Source of the DNA: Escherichia phage HMD-9
Length of the DNA: 64,000 nt
Sequence record: PV287714.1
Direction: 5' to 3' (one strand)
The notes under the pieces: model-generated
Database searches by the model: none
Told to the model about the DNA's origin: nothing
What the model saw: only the letters and a program-made list of their open reading frames with translations
Made by a program: the position numbers and the translations under genes
Shown: positions 57,339-64,000 of the stretch, in pieces
Layout of the letters: each line of letters starts with the position of its first letter
Position numbering within the stretch: the first letter of the stretch is position 1

Positions 57339-57508
57339 ATATTAATTTCCAGGAGTTTTAAAATAATTCGCTTTTGCTTAAATATTTCCATAGTTAAATG
57401 GTCAGTATCTTTTTGACCGATTCCAATAGCAAAACCTTTATTAACAGCGAGTTCAATTAAATTATCAAGCTCACGTAACACTTCATATTGTAACTCAAAA
57501 CTATTCAT
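57335..57508 (-). CDS. hypothetical small protein, 57 aa
   Basis: ORF below track cutoff; stop overlaps next ATG. Confidence 0.35.
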   Translation of the reverse strand: MNSFELQYEVLRELDNLIELAVNKGFAIGIGQKDTDHLTMEIFKQKRIILKLLEINI

Positions 57509-57732
57509 TTTGGTTTACCTTCTTTAACGAAATCGGGATAAGGATAAAATCCTGAATAAAATCCTTCACCTTTATGATTGATGCATCCTTTATTAGAACA
57601 ATAGCACCAATAGTCGAAATCACAAGCCATTTCATCATTACATAAAGCAAAAACAACCGGCCATTTACACTTTTCACAATGGGCATTTTTAAGAATACTA
57701 GTTTGGCTCATAACCATGTAACCTTTAAGCAA
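57505..57732 (-). CDS. cysteine-rich small protein (probable zinc binding)
   Basis: 75-aa track ORF with 8 Cys (CEKCKW...CNDEMACDFDYWCYCSNKGC). Confidence 0.45.
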   Translation of the reverse strand: MLKGYMVMSQTSILKNAHCEKCKWPVVFALCNDEMACDFDYWCYCSNKGCINHKGEGFYSGFYPYPDFVKEGKPK

Positions 57733-57920
57733 TATTCTTCTACATGTTGTTTACGACCTTTCCTATCAATAAAGGTATATTCAACGAATGTTCCAATATA
57801 GTCTTTATCTACATCATGAGGACTATTAATTGGGCATTTAGTACGGCAAATGCGTTCCCATTGACGAATAATTTCCACTTTGTTTTTAGGATCAAACGGA
57901 TGCGGGTAATGTACTTTCAT
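57708..57920 (-). CDS. hypothetical small protein
   Basis: 70-aa track ORF. Confidence 0.4.
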   Translation of the reverse strand: MKVHYPHPFDPKNKVEIIRQWERICRTKCPINSPHDVDKDYIGTFVEYTFIDRKGRKQHVEEYCLKVTWL

Positions 57921-58371
57921 AATCCACCACTATTAAATCAATATCAGGAGTAAACATGTCGATTAATTTAGAAACCTTATCCCAATCACCGCCAGCAATA
58001 CCACAACCTATGCGTGGAATGTAAATTACTGGTTTAAACAAAAGGGTCTCTGCCTGTAGATTTAATTCTATCATGCAGTTTACTAAAGCACCATAATCAA
58101 GATTAGGACCCGGTTCGTATTGTGTATACAGGTTATAGCATATACCAAATCCTGTAGGATTATGTTTAAAAACAATAGACATATCGCCTAATTTATCACG
58201 AGAACCGTACTCGGTAGTGGTTTTATCTATTTCTAAAATTTTAGGATAGGCCCTTGCTAATTGACCCGCTACACCCGAACCCATAGTATGAAAACAGTTG
58301 CACCCGTGCGCAATAATATTACCTTGAAGAAATAGGGCGACAATATCGCCCTTGATATATTTTACAATCAT
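57892..58371 (-). CDS. macro-domain protein (ADP-ribose binding/hydrolase fold)
   Basis: 159-aa track ORF; GCNCFHTMGSGVAGQL and IPRIGCGIAGG resemble macro-domain NAAN/GGGV and P-x-I-S-x-G motifs. Confidence 0.55.
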   Translation of the reverse strand: MIVKYIKGDIVALFLQGNIIAHGCNCFHTMGSGVAGQLARAYPKILEIDKTTTEYGSRDKLGDMSIVFKHNPTGFGICYNLYTQYEPGPNLDYGALVNCMIELNLQAETLLFKPVIYIPRIGCGIAGGDWDKVSKLIDMFTPDIDLIVVDYESTLPASV

Positions 58372-58709
58372 CTAGTACTCAATCCTCGATTATAAGAATC
58401 TACCAAACGGTCAACCATTGAATGACAAGCGGCTTTATCTTTCTCCTCCGCAACTGAACATTCTAAGGTATTCCACTTTTTAGCATATCGTTTTAATAAA
58501 GTATCATTCTTGTATCTACTTGATTTATCTCTTTCTCCGTCTTTATATGCATATATTAATTTCTGCGCAAATTCAGCTTGGCATGCTTTATTTTTTCCGC
58601 AATAATCCGCGGCAGTACGGTTTACATACTCTCTAATTTCAGTATATGATGTATCTGCTAACACAGAAAATGAAATTAATCCTATACATAAAACCAAAAT
58701 TTTAGTCAT
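58368..58709 (-). CDS. secreted small protein
   Basis: 113-aa track ORF with signal peptide MTKILVLCIGLISFSVLA. Confidence 0.5.
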   Translation of the reverse strand: MTKILVLCIGLISFSVLADTSYTEIREYVNRTAADYCGKNKACQAEFAQKLIYAYKDGERDKSSRYKNDTLLKRYAKKWNTLECSVAEEKDKAACHSMVDRLVDSYNRGLSTR

Positions 58710-59247
58710 TTACTATTTCCAAAAGTTTATTATTTTTAAGGTAATTAGCCTTTTCTAGGACTTCAGAAGCATATTTAGAACCTGCTTTAACATTCCATCC
58801 CGAATTATAAGAGGATATTGCTTTTCTTATATCGCCCTTATGTATATTTAACCAATAAGAAAGTTCAATGTACGCCCAGGAAGCTGAATTGGACCGTTTA
58901 TTCAACATTCTTTTTATTTCAGCATCGGTCATATTATAACCAAGTTCCTTAACTCTTGCACGCATGGTCGGCAAATAGTTTTGGAACATTCCGTAGGCAT
59001 GATGCTTTGGTTTAGATTTTAAATTAACTCCGGCAGAGCTTTCTTGCCATAAAATAGCAGCCATTATATGACCTAATCCGCTCTTGTGGATATTTTTATG
59101 TGTTTTATATTTTCCATCCTTGGAAAATTGTTCCCCGAATTGATACGCGTAACGCATGTTATCGAGTTGGACATTACTGAAAGTATGCTCGGAGCTATGT
59201 GCCATCATTGAAATGGCCAATAGACCAGCGAGTAGTGCTTTTCTCAT
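58702..59247 (-). CDS. secreted lytic-transglycosylase-like protein (SLT motif)
   Basis: 181-aa track ORF; signal peptide; WQESSAG...YGMFQ resembles SLT catalytic E-S and GLMQ motifs. Confidence 0.55.
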   Translation of the reverse strand: MRKALLAGLLAISMMAHSSEHTFSNVQLDNMRYAYQFGEQFSKDGKYKTHKNIHKSGLGHIMAAILWQESSAGVNLKSKPKHHAYGMFQNYLPTMRARVKELGYNMTDAEIKRMLNKRSNSASWAYIELSYWLNIHKGDIRKAISSYNSGWNVKAGSKYASEVLEKANYLKNNKLLEIVND

Positions 59248-59254
59248 GCTTACC

Positions 59255-59716
59255 TCATTGAGTTTTAATTACTGCTTTAGAAGCCTTTCCTGGTAAACGA
59301 CGACTGTTGATAATTGCCATCCTACACTGAAGTGACGGGTCTTTGAACTTCGCATTAGGTTTACAAACTGTAAATCCAAGCCAAAGATTTCCATCTGTGA
59401 TTTCTAAACGCCCAGGACGATATTCAACCCCATCAATAAAATCTTCGTCAATATCAGGGCGTGGAGGCATACTCAGGAATTCATTAACTTCTAAAACATG
59501 GTCTTTTATTTTGTGGAATAATTCAAAAACATATGTCTCATCAATCTCCCGCTGAATTGCACGATCAAGAAGATGCTGAGAATATTTTAGATGAAACGAT
59601 GAGACTCCTGCTGCTTTTGATGCCTCACGAATCTCATTGTTAATTTGACGAAACTCCGACTCAAAGTGACGACGGAGCTTATTTCGACGGATAAAAACTT
59701 CTGTGTTGATAGTCAT
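59255..59716 (-). CDS. regB: endoribonuclease RegB
   Basis: 153-aa track ORF, matches T4 RegB length and N-terminus. Confidence 0.9.
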   Translation of the reverse strand: MTINTEVFIRRNKLRRHFESEFRQINNEIREASKAAGVSSFHLKYSQHLLDRAIQREIDETYVFELFHKIKDHVLEVNEFLSMPPRPDIDEDFIDGVEYRPGRLEITDGNLWLGFTVCKPNAKFKDPSLQCRMAIINSRRLPGKASKAVIKTQ

Positions 59717-59743
59717 GTTATTCTCCTCTTAACTGATAGAAAA

Positions 59744-59773
59744 ATTATACTACAGTCAAGAGGAAAAGTAAAC
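59744..59773 (-). promoter_or_regulatory. T4-type early promoter for regB
   Basis: Reverse complement GTTTACttttcctcttgactgtagTATAAT. Confidence 0.6.
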
Positions 59774-59775
59774 AG

Positions 59776-60054
59776 TTATTCTTTAAATCTAATCAATTTA
59801 TTCATAGACTTTGTAACTTCTGCACGAACCTCATGTAGGTTTTTAAGCTGTTCAAGACGTTGCTCATAGTAAGCAATTTCATCTTCTTCGAGACAGTCCT
59901 GTGAATCTTCTTTAAGATAACGCGCATAGTCCTGGAAAGCTTTACGGACTACTTCCTGGAAGTCATCAAGACTTTGAATTTTCTTAGGAGCAACAGATAC
60001 ACGACGAGGGGCAGTATAATACTCATAACCAAACCCTGCGCTTAATTGAGCCAT
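59776..60054 (-). CDS. hypothetical protein
   Basis: Track ORF trimmed to ATG overlapping upstream stop (TAATG); 92 aa. Confidence 0.45.
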   Translation of the reverse strand: MAQLSAGFGYEYYTAPRRVSVAPKKIQSLDDFQEVVRKAFQDYARYLKEDSQDCLEEDEIAYYEQRLEQLKNLHEVRAEVTKSMNKLIRFKE

Positions 60055-60320
60055 TAATATTTTTCCTCTGGTTGGAACACAGCACGACAAGCCCACATAC
60101 TGGCTTCTTTGAGTTTCGTTTTAGCAATAGTTAACTGATCAAGACTTTCAGCATAATTCTTCGCGAATTCACAGTCTTCACAATTATCTAGTGCTTCCCA
60201 GAATTCATCATATAAAGCATCAAAGATAAGTCCTAAACGAACTTCAGCATCTTTGATAGCATTCACTTTACCGATTTTCTCTTCAGTATGTGGCTTATAA
60301 CCCTTAATATCTTCAATCAT
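60054..60320 (-). CDS. hypothetical protein
   Basis: 88-aa track ORF. Confidence 0.5.
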   Translation of the reverse strand: MIEDIKGYKPHTEEKIGKVNAIKDAEVRLGLIFDALYDEFWEALDNCEDCEFAKNYAESLDQLTIAKTKLKEASMWACRAVFQPEEKY

Positions 60321-60534
60321 ATTTTACTTTCTCACCAGTACCCAAATCATATTCAACTAAACGAATAGGTTCATGAATGCCATATCCCTGAACAGAAATT
60401 TCTGTCGTAGGATAAATTCCACTAATATCACCCATATTCCACGCTTCATTAAATTGTTGTTCGCCTGAATTACTAAACCATTCGGCGAAAGCATTTAGCA
60501 CATCTTCAGAACCTTCAATAATTATCTTTGCCAT
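60313..60534 (-). CDS. hypothetical small protein
   Basis: 73-aa track ORF. Confidence 0.45.
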   Translation of the reverse strand: MAKIIIEGSEDVLNAFAEWFSNSGEQQFNEAWNMGDISGIYPTTEISVQGYGIHEPIRLVEYDLGTGEKVKYD

Positions 60535-60908
60535 TACAGACTCTCAGTAAAGGTACGAGCGATAACGTCGCGCTGCTGTTCCGGAGTCAGAGAGTTAAAG
60601 CGAACTGCATAACCGGATACACGGATGGTCAGCTGCGGATATTTTTCCGGATGCTTAACTGCATCCTCCAGAGTTTCACGACGCAGAACGTTTACGTTCA
60701 GGTGTTGACCACCTTCAATTTTAACTGTAGGTTGTGTTTCAATTTCAATTTCACGGGCATGTAAACCGTAGAAAATTTCTGGGTCTACAAAAGAGTCCTC
60801 TTTAAAGGTTTTAGAGACAATAATTCGTGCTTGAATACCGTCTTCAAAATAAATAGTACCTTTATGTGTGCCTTCAAGAATTTGATATGCTTTCATATAA
60901 CCTCTCAA
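60534..60908 (-). CDS. grcA: autonomous glycyl radical cofactor (GrcA/YfiD-like)
   Basis: 124-aa track ORF; C-terminal 60 aa match E. coli GrcA incl. glycyl radical motif RVSGYAV; 3' half GC-rich with host-like codons. Confidence 0.8.
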   Translation of the reverse strand: MRGYMKAYQILEGTHKGTIYFEDGIQARIIVSKTFKEDSFVDPEIFYGLHAREIEIETQPTVKIEGGQHLNVNVLRRETLEDAVKHPEKYPQLTIRVSGYAVRFNSLTPEQQRDVIARTFTESL

Positions 60909-61234
60909 TTAGAAAATAAATTTATCCAAGATTGCTCTTTAATTAAAAATGGCTCAGAATCATATGCCATTAAACTTTGGGTAATTAGTCCTTTAAAAGG
61001 CCCATCAATAAATTCCATGGTAAAATATGGAATTTTATTCATTAATCTTGCATTAGGAGCAGTGCACAAAACTCTGCATCCTTTGAATACGCCTTTTTGT
61101 AATTTGTATTGCTTAGGATAAAATTCGCTCAAGACGTTGTTATTTGCCAAAATTTCAAAATGATTCACCAATTTATTTTTAATAGTTTTTGGCGAAAAAT
61201 AAAGATATTCGAAAAGTTGCGTGTCTGTCATCAT
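60905..61234 (-). CDS. hypothetical protein
   Basis: Track ORF trimmed to ATG overlapping upstream stop (ATGATGA); 109 aa. Confidence 0.45.
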   Translation of the reverse strand: MMTDTQLFEYLYFSPKTIKNKLVNHFEILANNNVLSEFYPKQYKLQKGVFKGCRVLCTAPNARLMNKIPYFTMEFIDGPFKGLITQSLMAYDSEPFLIKEQSWINLFSN

Positions 61235-61806
61235 TGCATTCCGATTACGAAAAACTGCGGACGAGTAATACCACCAATGCAACAATTACTATTGCAACAG
61301 TGGTGCACAGTTTCAATATGAATATCGTAAATTTTATCCATATCAGGAGATTTAACAGGCTCATCAATTATATACAAAATCCGCGAAAGCGATAAACCTC
61401 TGAACTTGCTACCTCTATTACCAACAAAACTACGGACAGAATCAGTAAATAAACGGAATCGAATATCATCGCCAGAATAACGAGAAAATTCTTTTTTAAT
61501 GTGGCCCGCAGAAATTTTAGCATAAGATGAAGTATTAGAAAGAACAATAACCGTTCCGCCGTCATACAACCAATTAACAGCAAAATTAGTTACTGCAGTC
61601 GATTTACCTGATTGTCTGCCACCATCTAAACGAAGTGTACAGTACTGCTTGAGTACGTCTTCAAATGGTGGGGCATAACCGTTCTTACAAATTTCTTCTA
61701 CTCTAGCATCAGAATGGTGTGTAAAAGCATTCATCAGGGATAGATAAGGTCCAGTTAAAAATGTTCTCATATTATTTCTCTTAAGGTTTGGACCATTCCG
61801 TGGCAC
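61231..61806 (-). CDS. small P-loop NTPase-like protein
   Basis: 191-aa track ORF (GTG start in track); Walker A-like GGRQSGKST and Walker B-like LYIIDE. Confidence 0.45.
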   Translation of the reverse strand: MPRNGPNLKRNNMRTFLTGPYLSLMNAFTHHSDARVEEICKNGYAPPFEDVLKQYCTLRLDGGRQSGKSTAVTNFAVNWLYDGGTVIVLSNTSSYAKISAGHIKKEFSRYSGDDIRFRLFTDSVRSFVGNRGSKFRGLSLSRILYIIDEPVKSPDMDKIYDIHIETVHHCCNSNCCIGGITRPQFFVIGMQ

Positions 61807-61948
61807 ATGAATTGTCCATTTCTGTATTTACCCATTACCGCACTTGGGCTCGACCTTATTACAGGTTGGCGGGAATCCCTCATAGAATCATGAGGTCCAG
61901 GTTGTTCCCATGTTATTTGAATGTAAATAGGCCTAAATATAGGCCTTA

Positions 61949-62545
61949 TTAATTACCACGGGCTGCATTAGCAACGGCATAAGCGTACTGAACATTAGCG
62001 TCTTTAAACATACCTTTAGAGGTGTCTATTTCTGCCTTAAAGCCGCCTTTAGCCATAACATCGGCAAATTCTTTACGGAAAGCCATTGCATCAAGACCTT
62101 TCCATGATGATTTGTGCTTGGCGAATTCAAGACCAGCGTAGTTGACAGCCTTAGCTAATTTATTATCAATAACCCATTTACCAGCTTTAGGCACAAACAC
62201 AGGACCTTTCTGTTTAGAGAACAGTTTTAAATTCCAGCGACGAAGGTCAAAGTCAGCTTTAACAAAAGCTGCGTCCAAGTTACTAGCAACAACATCTTCA
62301 ATATGAGCAAATTTAAGTCCGTCAACTTCAATATTTAGGTCGGTACGCCAGCGAAGTCCTTTCCAGGCGAAAGCTTTAAAGTCGGAAGCCTTTGTAGCTA
62401 AATACCGTTCAATAGGAGCTGTTTTAGCGTCAAAACCATTTCCTGGGTTGTCAACGCCGTTTCCTCGGTAAGTCCACTCATCTTTATTAATGCCTTGGAC
62501 CTTTCCTACAGAAGCTTCGGCGATAAATTCTTTATATGTTTTCAT
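61949..62545 (-). CDS. internal protein (IPIII-like) with capsid targeting sequence
   Basis: 198-aa track ORF; N-terminal MKTYKEFIAE CTS; basic, Lys/Ala-rich body. Confidence 0.7.
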   Translation of the reverse strand: MKTYKEFIAEASVGKVQGINKDEWTYRGNGVDNPGNGFDAKTAPIERYLATKASDFKAFAWKGLRWRTDLNIEVDGLKFAHIEDVVASNLDAAFVKADFDLRRWNLKLFSKQKGPVFVPKAGKWVIDNKLAKAVNYAGLEFAKHKSSWKGLDAMAFRKEFADVMAKGGFKAEIDTSKGMFKDANVQYAYAVANAARGN

Positions 62546-62598
62546 ACGGATTCCTTAAAGGTAAATATTTTAATTGGTATGTTCAAGTAACTGTAGAT

Positions 62599-62627
62599 AT
62601 ACTATCACAATTCTAGGAGATGTAAAC
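62599..62627 (-). promoter_or_regulatory. T4-type early promoter for IPIII-like gene
   Basis: Reverse complement GTTTACatctcctagaattgtgaTAGTAT. Confidence 0.5.
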
Positions 62628-63026
62628 TTATTTGTAGGTTTTCATCCAATTCTTGAACAAAGCCACGACGTCTTTCTCTTTAACGTTCAGTTTAACGTCC
62701 AACATTTTACCACCAGCTGCTCTCGTTTGGCGAATCTTAGCAGTACCGGTTTCGCCATTCCACTCAACATAATATTGTCCAGCGTTCATTGCAATACCAT
62801 CGCCGTAGTCTTCATTTTTAGAAGTGGTGAAGGCCAGCTTCATAGTCTTAGAGACACGAGCCTGCATGCCTGTCTGAAGGGCATTACGAACGCGAATAAC
62901 CTGAGGAGTGGCCTGGGTCAGGTTCTCATTCAGTTCTTCAGTGAACTCTTCAGATTCAAACATAGCCAAAAGTTCTTTAGATGCAGGAATTACATTCTCT
63001 GCGATAAATTCTTGATACGTTTTCAT
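62628..63026 (-). CDS. internal-protein-like protein with capsid targeting sequence
   Basis: 132-aa track ORF; N-terminal MKTYQEFIAE CTS. Confidence 0.6.
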   Translation of the reverse strand: MKTYQEFIAENVIPASKELLAMFESEEFTEELNENLTQATPQVIRVRNALQTGMQARVSKTMKLAFTTSKNEDYGDGIAMNAGQYYVEWNGETGTAKIRQTRAAGGKMLDVKLNVKEKDVVALFKNWMKTYK

Positions 63027-63056
63027 TTTTGTTTCCTTGTTTGTTTTGATAGAGTA

Positions 63057-63086
63057 ATTATACCATAATAATACTTAAGCGTAAAC
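63057..63086 (-). promoter_or_regulatory. T4-type early promoter
   Basis: Reverse complement GTTTACgcttaagtattattatggTATAAT. Confidence 0.55.
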
Positions 63087-63089
63087 TGT

Positions 63090-63350
63090 TTAAGCTTTAC
63101 CGCCAGAAATAATTCCGAAGTTGTTAAAATCATATCCAATATCGTCAACATCTACTTTAGGGCTTGCTACAACATAAGCAATTTCACTACGTTTTGCATA
63201 GGTGTTTATTTCTCTACCATCGCCGCCTAGGAAAGAATACCCATTACGTTTTAATGAGCCAAAGTCTTCCGCATCACCAATGAAAGCTTTAACTTTAAAT
63301 TTAGGACCTTTGGCATCTGCTTCAGCGATAAATTCTTGATACATTTTCAT
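63090..63350 (-). CDS. internal-protein-like protein with capsid targeting sequence
   Basis: 86-aa track ORF; N-terminal MKMYQEFIAE CTS. Confidence 0.6.
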   Translation of the reverse strand: MKMYQEFIAEADAKGPKFKVKAFIGDAEDFGSLKRNGYSFLGGDGREINTYAKRSEIAYVVASPKVDVDDIGYDFNNFGIISGGKA

Positions 63351-63356
63351 TTTTCC

Positions 63357-63770
63357 TTAGTAAATTGATTTACCATAGTATTTGTACCAAGTAGGACGTT
63401 GAGCAATTTTTTCGTCTAAGCGTGCTTGACTTATCGCAATGGACGCTTCGGACGGGACATAATTATTACGAAATTCGGCAGGGATGTCAGAAATATCCTG
63501 AACAGTCGTGTCCTTGATTTTGAAACCACGTTTCAAGCATTCAGCGATTAGCTCGATTTGACGTAAACGTAAAAATTCGAGTTTGTCGTAAAAGAATGTT
63601 ACGTGTCCTGTGCCTAAGATAAATGTTGGAGAGATTTTAAAATCCTTTACGCGTTTACCGTTTTTAACATGTTTACGGACTGCACCAAATACGCGTGGTA
63701 ATTCACGATACTCAGCCATAAGATGTTGGTCGGTCAGTTCAGAAACAAGTGTTAAATTGATACGAGTCAT
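63357..63770 (-). CDS. denV: endonuclease V (pyrimidine dimer DNA glycosylase) DenV
   Basis: Track ORF trimmed to [12 protein letters not shown]; about 90 percent identical to T4 endo V from memory. Confidence 0.93.
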   Translation of the reverse strand: MTRINLTLVSELTDQHLMAEYRELPRVFGAVRKHVKNGKRVKDFKISPTFILGTGHVTFFYDKLEFLRLRQIELIAECLKRGFKIKDTTVQDISDIPAEFRNNYVPSEASIAISQARLDEKIAQRPTWYKYYGKSIY

Positions 63771-63780
63771 AATTTCCTCC

Positions 63781-63827
63781 AAGTAGTTGATGAATGTATA
63801 GTATCAAAACCCTTGGAGGAAGTAAAC
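63781..63827 (-). promoter_or_regulatory. early promoter with PeSL-like leader upstream of denV
   Basis: Reverse complement GTTTACttcctccaagggttttgaTACTAT followed by leader catcaactactt. Confidence 0.55.
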
Positions 63828-63828
63828 A

Positions 63829-64000
63829 CTATTTTTCTGAAGCGCCTGAAATATATTTTTCAAGACGTTGTTTCATCAGCGAGCCGTTCTTAGCGATTTC
63901 TTCCGGTTTATCACACATACGCAACAAGGCTTCAAGCTTAACGATATCGCTTGTACGTTCAAATTTGCGAGTATCTATCTTACTAGCAAGTTCAGAAATA
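63829..64000 (-). CDS. hypothetical protein, partial (C-terminal 57 codons; 5' end beyond window)
   Basis: Open minus-strand frame to window edge ending ...LMKQRLEKYISGASEK then TAG at 63829-63831. Confidence 0.4.
   Translation of the reverse strand, partial: ISELASKIDTRKFERTSDIVKLEALLRMCDKPEEIAKNGSLMKQRLEKYISGASEK

Noticed and set aside
60534-60908. GC-rich block as contaminating host DNA or assembly chimera
   Set aside because: The GC-rich part is in frame with, and continuous with, an AT-rich phage-like 5' half within one ORF that has normal flanking phage genes; this fits a genuine phage grcA-like gene.
62574-63068. 164-aa plus-strand track ORF
   Set aside because: Antisense to the 132-aa internal-protein-like gene, which has a promoter, Shine-Dalgarno and the CTS motif.
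1-64000. CRISPR arrays, tRNA or rRNA genes, integrase or transposase
   Set aside because: No regularly spaced direct repeats, no tRNA-like T-arm (GTTCRANYC) in the intergenic regions I inspected, and no recombinase-like ORF; the T4 tRNA cluster lies beyond denV, outside this window.

Overview
This window is a 64-kb stretch of a T4-like (T-even, Tevenvirinae) myophage genome running from rIIA (partial, at the window start) to denV and the 3' end of the next gene. Nearly every gene is on the minus strand and coding density is above 95 percent. About 120 ORFs are supported, including the unmistakable early and replication core: rIIA, topoisomerase gp39, MotB, DexA, Dda, ModA/ModB, Soc, gp56, primase gp61, Spackle, Dmd, helicase gp41, UvsX, beta- and alpha-glucosyltransferases, gp42, Imm, DNA polymerase gp43, RegA, clamp loader gp62/gp44, clamp gp45, RpbA, gp46/gp47, gp55, NrdH/NrdG/NrdD, gp49, NrdC, rI, Tk, RegB and DenV. 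All names come from reading the translations and from memory of T4; no database search was run, and small-ORF names are positional guesses. The phage is not T4 itself: gene 39 is unsplit, nrdD has no intron, no dam-sized gene lies between 56 and 61, and DenV and the glucosyltransferases are close to but not identical with the T4 proteins as I remember them. Regulatory structure is dense and readable: T4-type early promoters (GTTTAC / 17-18 bp / TATAAT-like), MotA-box middle promoters, a late promoter before soc, repeated promoter-early-stem-loop (PeSL-like) cassettes, and many GC hairpins with UUCG tetraloops at gene boundaries. The most promising candidates for undescribed biology are: three tandem internal-protein-like genes carrying the capsid targeting sequence just 3' of denV; a family of four tandem 300-350 aa paralogues after nrdC; a nucleotidyltransferase-fold protein and a P-loop ATPase in the same hyperplastic region; a macro-domain protein near tk; a free-standing GIY-YIG homing endonuclease between genes 47 and alpha-gt; and a lone plus-strand membrane ORF between 56 and 61. 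None of these could be checked against T4 or other genomes here.
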